NCBI GenBank assembly: GCA_040954595.2
Contig: CM082581.2
Span: 2,038,699-2,102,698, forward strand
Direction: 5' to 3'
DNA length: 64,000 bases
From: Balanoglossus misakiensis
Lineage: Eukaryota > Animalia > Hemichordata
Part shown: piece by piece, positions 13,328-26,201 of the stretch
How positions within the stretch are numbered: the stretch's first letter is position 1
Layout of the letters: each line of letters begins with the position of its first letter
The notes under the pieces: model-generated
What the model saw: the letters and a program-made list of their open reading frames with translations, nothing else
Told to the model about the DNA's origin: nothing
Database searches by the model: none
Program-made: the position numbers and the translations under genes

Positions 13328-13429
13328 CTTGTTTTGTATGTTAGCATCAGCTTTGTGTTCCAATAACAATCTGACAAGGCCTTCACCATCATCCCTCCTT
13401 GCTGCATCATGCAAAGGGGTGTCTCCTGT
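13328..13429 (-). CDS. Ankyrin cassette exon 15: TGDTPLHDAARRDDGEGLVRLLLEHKADANIQNK
   Basis: CTTACAG|...|GTAAAT, 102 nt, phase 0/0. Confidence 0.9.
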
Positions 13430-13515
13430 CTGTAAGTAATGAAGGAGGAGCATGAGAATAATGTCACAAAATTGAAATGTAATGTGAAATTTCCTTAAAC
13501 AAAAAAAAACAACAA

Positions 13516-16500
13516 TTAAAGCTGCAAGCAGCATTGTCCGGGCCCAAGCTCTATTATCTGATCAGATTATTAGATATGCACATAATTAATGAGTAGAAAC
13601 ATAATGCTGTGTTTTATCCCATGAAATATCAAGGTTATATCTATGTTTGGTGCTGATATAGTGTTAAGTAGGTCAAAGGTCATCTGAGGTCACCCAAAAT
13701 TTGGGCAGAAAATTTTGACCCATAGTGGTCCATGTCCAACAAAAACCAGACCTCTAGCCCTTTTGGTTAGCCCGGAATTAGGTATGCACATAAATAATGA
13801 GTAAAGCAGGTGTCACAGGTGACCCAAAACTTTGGCTTTTCATTATTGCCCCATACCTCCAAACGCCAAGGCTGTATCTGCTGTGGATGTCGAGATATGC
13901 AAAAGTAGGTCAAAGGTCACCCGAGGTCACCCAACATTTGGGCAAAAAAATTTGACCCCATACTGGTCCATGTCCAACAAAAACCAAACCTCTAGCTCAA
14001 TTGGTTCGCCTGTAATTAGCTATGCACATAATTAATGAGGTCAGCAGAGGTCAAAGGGGTCATGAAAAGTAGCAAAATATTTTGATCACACACTAATCCA
14101 CATGCATCAAAAACAGAACGTCTAGCCCTATAGGTTAGCCTGGAAATAGATATGCAGAAATAATAATGTGTGAAAAGTAGGTCAAAGGTCATGTGAAAAA
14201 TCGCCAAAAATTTGTAACATATTGTAGTCATATGACGATTGATATCCATAAAAAGAATTTGTATGCTATTAATTTTTATACTAGAAAAAGGAATTTTAAT
14301 TTTTCACTGCTTTTTACAAAATCCAATATGGCCGCCATAATCTTCGACCAATCACATTCCTCTTCGCAAACTTGATAGACATCTGTTTAATGACCACACA
14401 CACCAAATCTTGCGACTCGGCTATCGCCGGTTCTTGAGAAGAAGATTTTTGAAATTTTACTAGGGTTTTTCGAAAATCCAATATGGCCGCCATAATCTTC
14501 GACCAATCACAATGATCTTCGCAAACTTGATAGACATCAGTTAGGTGACCACATACCCCAAACCCCGTGTCTCGGTTATCACCGGTTCTGGAGAAGAAGA
14601 TTTTTGAAATTTAAGTCAGATTTCAGAAAAAAAATTGTAGCAAAAAAACTGCAACTTTGTCAGCATAATTTTCAATTACAAAAATGATTGACAGACGGTA
14701 GTCTACCTGCACGCCAAATTTGAAGTTGATCTGACTTGTAGTTTCTGAGATCTGAGATTTGCATTTTTTCAGAAAATCCAAGATGGCCGCCAGGTCATGT
14801 GACTAATTAAAAATTCATGGGTTCAATGCACGACTACTCATTGACCTTGACCACTGTAGCAAGTTTGAGAACTGTACCTGCAGTGGTGTCTGAGATCTAG
14901 AGCGACAAAGAATTGACAGAAGAATAAAGAAAGAAGAAAGAAAGAAAGAATTAAAGCTGCGAGCAGCATTGTCGGGCCCAAGCGCTGATCTTGAATTATA
15001 TATGCACAGTATGAATGAGAAGAAGCAGAATTTTCTATCGGATGTATTATCTCATGACATATCAAGGATGTGTGTATTTTTGCTGCTGAAATAGGGTGAA
15101 GTAGGTCAAAGGTCACCTGAGGTCACCCAACATTTGGGAATTTTTTTTTGACCCATACTGGTCCTTGTCCAACAAAAACCAAAACTCTAGCTCTATTGGT
15201 TCGCCTGTAATTAGCTATGTGCATATTTAATGAGGTCAGCAGGTGTCACAGGTGACCCAAAAATGTGGCTTTAAATTTTGGTCCCATCCTGTCAAATGCC
15301 ATGGCAGTATCTGCTCTGGATGCTGAGATATGCGAAAGTAGGTCAAAGGTCACCAGAGGTCACCCAACATTTGGGCAAAAAATTTTGATCCCATACTGGT
15401 CCATGTCCAACAAAAACCAAACCTCTAGCTCTATTGGTTCGCCTGTAATTAGCTATGCACATAATTAATGAGGTCAGCAGAGGTCAAAGGGGTCATGAAA
15501 AGTAGCAAAATATTTTGATCACACACTAATCCACATTCATCAAAAACCAAACGTCTAGCCCTACAGGTTAGCCTGGAATTAGATATGCAGAAATAATAAC
15601 GTGTGATAAGTAGGTCAAAGGTCATGTGAAAAATCGCCAAAAAATTGTAACATATTTTAGTCACATGACGATTGATATCCATGAAAAGAATTTGTATGCT
15701 ATCAATTTTTAGACTAGAAAAAGGAATTTCAATTTTTCACTGCTTTTTACAAAATCCAATATGGCCGCCATAATCTTCGACCAATCACAATGTTCTTTGC
15801 AAACTTGATAGACATCAGTGTAGTGACCATACTCCCCGAATCTTGCGACTCAGTCATCGCCCGTTCTGGAGAAGAAGATTTTTGGAGTTTAACTATGGTT
15901 TTTCGAAAATCCAATATGGCCGCCATAATCTTCGACCAATCACAATGATCTTCGCAAACTTGATAGACATCAGTTAGGTGACCACATACCCCAAACCCCG
16001 TGTCTCGGTTATCACCGGTTCTGGAGAAGAAGATTTTTGAAATTTAAGCCAGATTTCAGAAAAAAAATTGTAGCAAAAAACTGCAACACTGTAGCAAAAT
16101 TTCCAATTACAAAAATGATGGGTAGAAGGTAGTCTACCTGCATGCCAAATTTGAAGTCGATCTGACTTGTAGTTTCTGAGATCTGAGATTTGAATTTTTT
16201 CAGAAAATCCAATATGGCCGCCAGGTCACGTGACTAATTAAGTATTCACAAGTCACTGCACATCTACTCATAGACCTTGACCACTGTAGCAAGTTTGAGC
16301 AGTGTACCTGCAGTAGTTTCAGAGATTTAGTTGGCCGAAGAATTGACACAAGAATAAAGAAAGAAAGAAAGAAAGCAAGAAAGAATTAAAGCTGCAAGCA
16401 GCATTGTCCGGGCCCAAGCTCTATTATCTGATCAGATTATTAGATATGCACATAATTAATGAGTAGAAACATAATGCTGTGTTTTATACCATGAAATATC

Positions 16501-19477
16501 AAGGTTATATCTATGCTTGGTGTTGATATAGTGTTAAGTAGGTCAGAGGTCACCCACAATTTTGGCAGAAAATTTTGACCCATAGTGGTCCATGTCCAAC
16601 AAAAACCAGACCTCTAGCCCTTTTGGTTAGCCCGGAATTAGGTATGCACATAAATAATGAGTTAAACAGGTGTCACAGGTGACCCAAAACTTTGGCTTTT
16701 CATTATGGCCCCATACCTCCAAACACCAAGGCTGTATCTGCTGTGGATGTCGAGATATGGAAAAGTAGGTCAAAGGTCACCCGAGGTCACCCAACATTTG
16801 GGCAAAATATTTTGACCCCATACTGGTCCATGTATAACAAAAACAAAACCTCTAGGTCTATTGGTTCATCATTAATTAGGTATGCGCATATTTAATGAGG
16901 TCACCAGAGGTCAAAGGGGTCATGAAAAGTAGCAAAATTTTTTGATCACATACAAATCCACATACATCAAAAACCAAACTTATAGCCCTATTGGTTAGCC
17001 TGGAATTAGATATGCAGAAAAATGATTCGTCAAAAGTAGGTCAAAGGTCATTGCCAAAATTACCAAAATATTTATAGCTTATTCTTGTCATATGATGATT
17101 CATATCCATAAAAAGAATTTCTGTGCTATCAATTTTTAGGCTAGAAAGGGAATTTTTACTTTTTAATCGTTTTTCACAACATCCAATATGGCCGCCATAA
17201 TCTTCGACCAATCACATTCCTCTTAGCAAACTTGATAGACATCTGTTTAATGACCACACACACCAAATCTTGTGACTCGGTTATTGCCGGTTCTTGAGAA
17301 GAAGATTTTTGAAATTTTACTAGGGTTTTTCGAAAATCCAATATGGCCGCCAAAATCTTCGACCAATCACAATGATCTTCGCAAACTTGATAGACATCAG
17401 GTAGGTGACCACATACACCAAACCCTGTGTCTCGGTTATTGCCGGTTCTGGAGAAGAAGATTTTTGAAATTTAAGCCAGATTTCAGAAAAAAAATTGTAG
17501 CAAAAAACTGCAACTTTGTCAGCATAATTTCCAATTACAAAAATGATGGGCAGAAGGTAGTCTACCAGCATGCCAAATTTGAAGTCGATCTGACTTGTAG
17601 TTTCTGAGATCTGAGATTTGCATTTTTTTAGAAAATCCAAGATGGCTGCCAGGTCACGTGACTAATTAAAAATTCAAGGGTTCAATGCACGACTACTCAT
17701 TGACCTCGACCACTGTAGCAAGTTTCAGAGGTGTACCTGCAGCGGTGTCTGAGATCTCGTGGGTCAAAGAATTGACACAAGAATAAAGAAAGAAAGAAAG
17801 AAAGAAAGTATTAAAGCTGCAAGCAGCATTGTCCGGGCCCAAGCTCTATTATCTGATCAGATTATTAGATATGCACATAATTAATGAGTAGAAACATAAT
17901 GCTGTGTTTTATCCCATGAAATATCAAGGTTATATCTATGTTTGGTGTTGATATAGTGTTAAGTAGGTCAAAGGTCACCCAGAGGTCACCCACAATTTGG
18001 GTAGAAAATTTTGATCCATAGTGGTCCATGTCCAACAAAAACCAGACCTCTAGCCCTTTTGGTTAGCCCGGAATTAGGTATGCACATAAATAATGAGTTA
18101 AGCAGGTGTCAAAGGTGACCCAACACTTTGGCTTTTCATTATGGCCCCATACCTCCAAACGCCAAGGTTGTATCTGCTGTGGATGTCGAGATATGCAAAA
18201 GTAGGTCAAAGGTCACCCGAGGTCACCCAACATTTGGGCAAAATATTTTGACCCCATACTGGTCCATGTATAACAAAAACAAAACCTCTAGGTCTATTGG
18301 TTCATCATTAATTAGGTATGCGCATATTTAATGAGGTCACCAGAGGTCAAAGGGGTCATGAAAAGTAGCAACATTTTTTGATCACATACAAATCCACATA
18401 CATCAAAAACCAAACTTATAGCCCTATTGGTAAGCCTGGAATTAGATATGCAGAAAAATGATGCGTCAAAAGTAGGTCAAAGGTCATTGCCAAAATTACC
18501 AAAATATTTATAGCTTATTCTTGTCATATGATGATTCATATCCATAAAAAGAATTTCTGTGTTATCAATTTTTAGGCTAGAAAAGGAATTTTTACTTTTT
18601 AATCGTTTTTCACAAAATCCAATATGGCCGCCATAATCTTCGACCAATCACATTCCCCTTCGCAAACTTGATAGACACCTGTTTAATGACCACACACACC
18701 AAATCTTGTGACTCGGTTATCGCCCGTTCTTGAGAAGAAGATTTTTGAAGTTTTACTATGGTTTTTCGAAAATCCAATATGGCCGCCATAATCTTCGACC
18801 AATCACAATGATCTTTGCAAACTTGATAGACATCAGTTAGGTGACCACATACCCCAAACCGCGTGACTCAGTTATCACCGGTTCTGGAGAAGAAGATTTT
18901 TGAAATTTAAGCCAGATTTCAGAAAAAAAATTGTAGCAAAAAAACTGCAACATTTACAGCAAAATATCCAATTACAAAAATGATGGGGAGAAGGTAGACT
19001 ACCTGCACACCAAATTTGAAGTCGATCTGACTTGTAGTTTCTGAGATCTGAGATTTGCATTTTTTCAGAAAATCCAATATGGCCGCCAGGTCACGTGACT
19101 AATTAAAAATTCACAGGTTCAATGCACGACTACTCATTGACCTTGACCACTGTAGCAAGTTTCAGAAGTGTACCTGCAGCGGTGTCTGAGATCTAGAGCG
19201 ACAAAGAATTGACACAAGAATAAAGAAAGAAAGAAAGAAAGAAGAAAGAAAAACCCCAACGAAACCAATAGGGCCCAAGCGCTGGTATGCGCTTGGGCCC
19301 TAAAAATTCCAACGAAACCAATACGGGCCCAAGCCTGGCTTGGCTTGGGCCCGTAAAAATTCCAACGAAACCAATAGGGCCCAAGCGCTTGCTTGCGCTT
19401 GGGCCCTAAAGAAGGAAAGACAGAAAAACCCCAACGAAACCAATAGGGCCCAAGCGCTGGCTTGCGCTTGGGCCCTA
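13516..19477 (+). mobile_element. Nest 2: four nested copies of the same element
   Basis: Heads at 13516, 14951, 16386, 17811; four hairpins at 19269-19477. Confidence 0.8.
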
Positions 19478-19532
19478 AAAACATCTTTCAATACTTTCAG
19501 AATTAACCTGCAGAAGTCAGGTTGGTATTTAC

Positions 19533-19634
19533 CTTGTTTTGTATGGTCACATCAGCTTTGTGTTCCAATAACAATCTGACATGGCCTTCACCACCATCCC
19601 TCCTTGCTGCATCATGCGAAGGAGTGTCTCCATC
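19533..19634 (-). CDS. Ankyrin cassette exon 14: DGDTPSHDAARRDGGEGHVRLLLEHKADVTIQNK
   Basis: Same splice context, 102 nt. Confidence 0.9.
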
Positions 19635-19782
19635 CTGTAAGTAATGAAGGAGGAGCATGAGAATAATGTCACAAAAATTGAAATCTAATGTGAAATTTCC
19701 TTAAACAAACAAACAAACAAATAAATGAATAAATATATCCGCATTGATAGAATAAACCTGCTGAAGTCAGGTTGGTATTTAC

Positions 19783-19884
19783 CTTGTTTTGTATGTTAGC
19801 ATCAGCTTTGTGTTCCAATAACAATCTGACAAGGCCTTCACCACCATCCCTCCTTGCTGCATCATGCGAAGGAGTGTCTCCATC
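19783..19884 (-). CDS. Ankyrin cassette exon 13: DGDTPSHDAARRDGGEGLVRLLLEHKADANIQNK
   Basis: Same splice context, 102 nt. Confidence 0.9.
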
Positions 19885-20036
19885 CTGTAAGTAATGAAGG
19901 AGGAGCATGAGAATAATGTCACAAAAATTGAAATCTAATGTGAAATTTCCTTAAACAAACAAACAAACAAACAAATAAATGAATAAATATATCCGCAGTG
20001 ATAGAATAAACCTGCTGAAGTCAGGTTGGTATTTAC

Positions 20037-20138
20037 CTTGTTTTGTATGTTAGCATCAGCTTTGTGTTCCAATAACAATCTGACAAGGCATTCACCACCA
20101 ACCCTCCTTGCTGCATAATGCAAAGGAGTGTCTCCATC
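20037..20138 (-). CDS. Ankyrin cassette exon 12: DGDTPLHYAARRVGGECLVRLLLEHKADANIQNK
   Basis: Same splice context, 102 nt. Confidence 0.9.
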
Positions 20139-20286
20139 CTGTAAGTAATGAAGGAGGAGCATGAGAATAATGTCACAAAAATTGAAATATTATGTGAAAT
20201 TTCCATAAACAAACAAACAAACAAATAAATGAATAAATATATCCGCATTGATAGAATAAACCTGCAGAAGTCAGGTTGGTATTTAC

Positions 20287-20388
20287 CTTGTTTTGTATTG
20301 TCACATCAGCTTTGTGTTCCAATAACAATCTGACAAGGCCTTCACCACCAACCCTCCTTGCTGCATAATGCAAAGGAGTGTCTCCATC
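20287..20388 (-). CDS. Ankyrin cassette exon 11: DGDTPLHYAARRVGGEGLVRLLLEHKADVTIQNK
   Basis: Same splice context, 102 nt. Confidence 0.9.
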
Positions 20389-20475
20389 CTGTAAGTAATA
20401 AACGAGGAGCATGAGAATAATGTCACAAAAATTGAAATATAATGTGAAATTTCCTTAAACAAAAACAAAACAAAA

Positions 20476-23400
20476 TTAAAGCTGCAAGCAGCATTGTCCG
20501 GGCCCAAGCTCTATTATCTGATCTGATTATTAGATATGCACATAATTAATGAGTAGAAACATAATGCTGTGTTTTATCCCATGAAATATCAAGATTATAT
20601 CTATGTTTAGTGCTGATATAGTGTTAAGTAGGTCAGAGGTCACCCACAGTTTGGGCAGGAAATTTTGACCCATAGTGGTCCATGTCCAACAAAAACCAGA
20701 CCTCTAACCCTTTTGGTTAGCCCGGAATTAGGTATGCACATAAATAATGAGTTAAGCAGGTGTCACAGGTGACCCAAAACTTTGGCTTTTAATTATGGCC
20801 CCATACCTCCAAACGCCAAGGCTGTATCTGCTGTGGATGCTGAGATATGCAAAAGTAGGTCAAAGGTCCCCCGAGGTCACCCAACATTTGGGCAAAATAT
20901 TTTTTCCCCATACTGGTCCATGTATAACAAAAACAAAACCTCTAGGTCTATTGGTTCATCTGTAATTAGGTATGCGCATATTTAATGAGGTCAGCAGAGG
21001 TCAAAGGGGTCATGAAAAGTACCAAAATTTTTTGATCACATACAAATCCACATACATCAAAAACCAAAATGATAGCCCTATAGGTTAGCCTGGAATTAGA
21101 TATGCAGAAAAAACGATGTATCAAAAGTAGGTCAAAGGTCATTGCCAAAATTACCAAAATATTTATAGCTTATTCTTGGCATATGATGATTCATATCCGT
21201 AAAAAGAATTTTTGTGCTATCAATTTTTAGGCTAGAAAGGGAATTTTTACTTTTTAATCGTTTTTCACAAAATCAAATATGGCCGCCATAATCTTCGACC
21301 AATCACATCCCTCTTCGCAAACTTGATAGACATCTGTTTAATGACCACACACACCAAATATTGTGACTCAGTTATCGCCGGTTCTTGGGAAGAAGATTTT
21401 TGAAATTTTACTAGGGTTTTTTTAAAATCCAATATGGCCGCCATAATCTTCGACCAATCACAATGATCTTCGCAAACTTGATAGACCTCAGCTTGGTGAC
21501 CACATACCCCAAACCGCGTGACTCGGTTATGGCCGGTTCTGGAGAAGAAGATTTTTGAAATTTAAGCCAGATTTCAGAAAAACAACTGTAGCAAAAAAAC
21601 TGCAACATTGACAGCAAAATATCCAATTACAAAAATGATTGGCAGAAGGTACACTACCAGCACACCAAATCTGAAGTAAATCTGACTTGTAGTTTCTGAG
21701 ATCTGAGATTTGCATTTTTTCAGAAAATCCAATATGGCCGCCATGTCACGTTACTAATTAAAAATTCAAGAGTTCAATGCACGACTACCCATTGACCTTG
21801 ACCACTGTAGCAAGTTTGAGAAGTGTACCTGCAGCGGTGTCTGAGATCTAGAGCGACAAAGAAATGACAGAAGAATAAAGAAAGAAAGACAGAATTAAAG
21901 CTGCAAGCAGCATTGTCCGGGCCCAAGCTCTATTATCTGATCTGATTATTAGATATGCACATAATTAATGAGTAGAAACATAATGTTGTGTTTTATCCCA
22001 TGAAATATCAAGATTATATCTATGTTTAGTGCTGATATAGTGTTAAGTAGGTCAAAGGTCACCCAGAGGTCACCCACAATTTGGGCAGAAAATTTTGACC
22101 CATAGTGGTCCATGTCCAACAAAAACCAGACCTCTAGCCCTTTTGGTTAGCCCGGAATTAGGTATGCACATAAATAATGAGTTAAGCAGGTGTCACAGGT
22201 GACCCAAAACTTTGGCTTTTCATTATGGCCCCATACCTCCAAACGCCAAGGCTGTATCTGCTGTGGATGCTGAGATTTGCGAAAGTAGGTCAAAGGTCAC
22301 CAGAGGTCACCCAACATTTGGGTAAAAACATTTGACCCCATACTGGTCCTGTCCAACAAAAACAAAACCTCTAGGTCTATTGGTTCGCCTGTAATTAGCT
22401 ATGCACATAATTAATGAGGTCAGCAGGGGTCAAAGGGGTCGTGAAAAGTAGCAAAATATTTTGATCACACACTAATCCACATACATCAAAAACCAAACTT
22501 ATAGCCCTATTGGTTAGCCTGGAATAAGATATGCAGAAAAATGATGCGTCAAAAGTAGGTCAAAGGTCATTGCCAAAATTACCAAAATATTTATAGCACA
22601 TTGTAGTCATATGATGATTCATATCCATAAAAAGAATTTCTGTGCTATCAATTTTTAGGCTAGAAAGGGAATTTTTACTTTTTAATCGTTTTTCACAAAA
22701 TCCAATATGGCCGCCATAATCTTCGACCAATCACATTCCTCTTTGCAAACTTGATAGACATCTGTTTAATGAACACACACACCAAATCTTGTGACTCGGT
22801 TATCGCCGGTTCTTGAGTAGAAGATTTTTCAAATTTTACTAGGGTTTTTCGAAAATCCAATATGGCCGCCATAATCTTGGACCAATCACAATGATCTTCG
22901 CAAACTTGATAGACATCAATTAGGTGACCACATAACCCAAACCCCGTGTCTCGGTTATCACCTGTTCTGGAGAAGAAGATTTTTGAAATTTAGGCCAGAT
23001 TTCAGAAAAACAACTGTAGCAAAAAAACTGCAACTTTGTCAGCATAATTTCCAATTACAAAAATGATGGGCAGAAGGTAGTCTACCAGCATGCCAAATTT
23101 GAAGTCGATCTGACTTGTAGTTTCTGAGATCTGAGATTTGCATTTTTTCAGAAAATCCAAGATGGCCGCCATGTCACGTGACTAATTAAGTATTCACAAG
23201 TCACTGCACATCTACTCATTGACCTTGATCACTGTAGCTAGTTTGAGAACTGTACCTGCAGCGGTGTCTGAGATCTAGAGCGATAAAGAATGGAACCAAG
23301 AATAAAGAAAGAAAGAAAGACAGAATTAAAGCTGCGAGCAGCATTGTCGGGCCCAAGCGCTGATCTTGAATTATATATGCACAGTATCAATGAGAAGAAA

Positions 23401-24915
23401 CAGAATTTTCTATTGGATGTATTATCTCATGACATAACAAGGATGTGTGTATTTTTGCTGCTGAAATAGGGTGAAGTAGGTCAAAGGTCACCTGAGGTCA
23501 CCCAACATTTGGGCAATTTTTTTGACCCATACTGGTCCATGTCCAACAAAAACCAAAACTCTAGCTCTATTGGTTCGCCTGTAATTAGGTATGTGCATAT
23601 TTAATGAGGTCAGCAGGTGTCACAGGTGACCCAAAAATGTGGCTTTACATTTTGGTCCCATCCTACCAAATGCCATGGTTGTATCTGCTCTGGATGCTGA
23701 GATATGCGAAAGTAGGTCAAAGGTCACCAGAGGTCATCCAACATTTGGGCAAAAAAATTTGATCCCATACTGGTCCATGTCCAACAAAAACCAAACCTCT
23801 AGCTCTATTGGTTCGCCTGTAATTAGCTATGCACATAATTAATGAGGTCAGCAGAGGTCAAAGGGGTCATGAAAAGTAGCAAAATATTTTGATCACACAC
23901 TAATCCACATTCATCAAAAGCCAAATGTCTAGCCCTATAGGTTAGCCTGGAATTAGATATGCAGAAATAATAACGCGTGATAAGTAGGTCAAAGGTCATG
24001 TGAAAAATCGCCAAAAAATTGTAACATATTTTAGTCACATGACGATTGATATCCATAAAAAGAATTTGTATGCTATCAATTTTTGGACTAGAAAAAGGAA
24101 TTTCAATTTTTCACTGCTTTTTACAAAATCCAATATGGCCGCCATAATCTTCGACCAATCACAATGCTCTTTGCAAACTTGATAGACATCAGTGTAGTGA
24201 CCATACTCCCCGAATCTTGCGACTCAGTCATTGCCCGTTCTGGAGAAGAAGATTTTTGGAGTTTAACTATGGTTTTTCGAAAATCCAATATGGCCGCCAT
24301 AATCTTCGACCAATCACAATGATCTTCGCAAACTTGATAGACATCAGTTAGGTGACCACATACCCCAAACCCCGTGACTCGGTTATCACTGGTTCTGGAG
24401 AAGAAGATTTTTGAAATTTAAGCCAGATTTCATGAAAAAAATTGTAGCAAAAAAACTGCAACTTTTACAGCATAATTTCCGATTACAAAAATGATGGGCA
24501 GAAGGTAGTCTACCTGCATGCCAAATTTGAAGTTGATCTGACTTGTAGTTTCTGAGATCTGAGATTTGCATTTTTTCAGAAAATCCAATATGGCCGCCAG
24601 GTCACGTGAATAATTAAGTATTCACAAGTCACTGCACATCTACTCATTGACCTTGACCACTGTAGCAAGTTTGAGCAGTGTACCTGCAGTAGTTTCATAG
24701 ATCTCGTTGGCCGAAGAATTGACAGGAGAATAAAGAAAGAAAGAAAGAAAGAAAGAAAAATTCCAACGAAACCAATAGGGCCCAAGCGCTTGCTTGCGCT
24801 TGGGCCCTAAAAACCCCAGCGAAACCAATACGGGCCCAAGCCTGGCTTGGCTTGGGCCCGTAAAAACCCCAACGAAACCAATAGGGCCCAAGCGCTGGTA
24901 TGCGCTTGGGCCCTA
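20476..24915 (+). mobile_element. Nest 3: three nested copies of the same element
   Basis: Heads at 20476, 21895, 23326; three hairpins at 24776-24915. Confidence 0.8.
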
Positions 24916-24968
24916 AAAATATTTCAATACTTTCAGAATTAACCTGCAGAAGTCAGGTTGGTATTTAC

Positions 24969-25070
24969 CTTGTTTTGTATGTTAGCATCAGCTTTGTGTT
25001 CCAATAACAATCTGACAAGGCCTTCACCACCATCCCTCCTTGCTGCATCATGCGAAGGAGTGTCTCCATC
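24969..25070 (-). CDS. Ankyrin cassette exon 10: DGDTPSHDAARRDGGEGLVRLLLEHKADANIQNK
   Basis: CTTATAG acceptor; exon sequence identical to 19783-19884. Confidence 0.9.
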
Positions 25071-25218
25071 CTATAAGTAATGAAGGAGGAGCATGAGAAT
25101 AATGTCACAAAAGTTGAAATCTAATGTGAAATTTCCTTAAACAAACAAACATACAAATAAATGAATAAATATATCCGCATTGATAGAATAAACCTGCTGA
25201 AGTCAGGTTGGTATTTAC

Positions 25219-25317
25219 CTTGTTTTGTATGTTAGCATCAGCTTTGTGTTCCAATAACAATCTGACAAGGCCTTTGCCAATCCTCCTTGCTGCATAATGC
25301 AAAGGAGTGTCTCCATC
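25219..25317 (-). CDS. Ankyrin cassette exon 9: DGDTPLHYAARRIGKGLVRLLLEHKADANIQNK
   Basis: 99 nt, phase 0/0. Confidence 0.9.
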
Positions 25318-25465
25318 CTGTAAGTAATGAAGGAGGAGCATGAGAATAATGTCACAAAAATTGAAATATAATGTGAAATTTCCGTAAACGAACAAACAAA
25401 CAAATAAATGAATAAATATATCCGCACTGATAGAATAAACCTGCAGCAGTCAGGTTGGTATTTAC

Positions 25466-25564
25466 CTTGTTTTGTATGTAAACATCAGCTTTGTGTTCCA
25501 ATAACAATCTGACATGGCCTTCATCACCATCCCTTGCTGCATAATGCAAAGGAGTGTCTCCATC
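25466..25564 (-). CDS. Ankyrin cassette exon 8: DGDTPLHYAARDGDEGHVRLLLEHKADVYIQNK
   Basis: 99 nt, phase 0/0. Confidence 0.9.
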
Positions 25565-25700
25565 CTGTAAGTAATAAAGGAGGAGCATGAGAATAATGTC
25601 ACAAAAATTGAAATATAATGTGAAATTTCCTTAAACAAAAAAAAAAAAAAATATTTCAATACTTTCAGAATTAACCTGCAGAAGTCAGGTTGGTATTTAC

Positions 25701-25802
25701 CTTGTTTTGTATGGTCACATCAGCTTTGTGTTACAATAACAATCTGACAAGGCCTTCACCACCATCCCTCCTTGCTGCATCATGCAAAGGAGTGTCTCCC
25801 TC
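25701..25802 (-). pseudogene. Ankyrin cassette exon 7 with stop: EGDTPLHDAARRDGGEGLVRLLL*HKADVTIQNK
   Basis: GAA to TAA at 25731-25733; splice sites intact. Confidence 0.88.
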
Positions 25803-25958
25803 CTGTAAGTAATGAAGGAGGAGCATGAGAATAATGTTACAAAAATTGAAATCTAATGTGAAATTTCCTTAAACAAACAAACAAACAAACAAACAAATAA
25901 ATGAATAAATATATCCGCATCAATAGAATAAACCTGCAGAAGTCAGGTTGGTATTTAC

Positions 25959-26057
25959 CTTGTTTCATATGTTAGCATCAGCTTTGTGTTCCAATAACAA
26001 TCTGACACGGCCTTCATCACGAAACCTTGCTGCATAATGCAAAAGGGTGTCTCCATC
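25959..26057 (-). pseudogene. Ankyrin cassette exon 6 with stop: DGDTLLHYAARFRDEGRVRLLLEHKADANI*NK
   Basis: TGA at 25965-25967; splice sites intact. Confidence 0.88.
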
Positions 26058-26201
26058 CTGTAAGTAATGAAGGAGGAGCATGAGAATAATGTCACAAAAA
26101 TAGAAATCTAATGTGAAATTTCCTTAAACAAACAAACAAATAAATGAATAAATATATCCGCATTGATAGAATTAACCTGCAGAAGTCAGGTTGGTCTTTA
26201 C

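Noticed and set aside
7445-24571. Recurrent short ORFs (MAFHYGP..., MDINRH..., MQISDL...)
   Set aside because: Incidental frames in the repeated element: mostly non-ATG starts, broken in some copies, no recognisable domain.
7131-24915. Simple head-to-tail satellite or rolling-circle concatemer
   Set aside because: Neighbouring units belong to different subtypes, and terminal hairpins are stacked at the block ends in equal number and reverse order.
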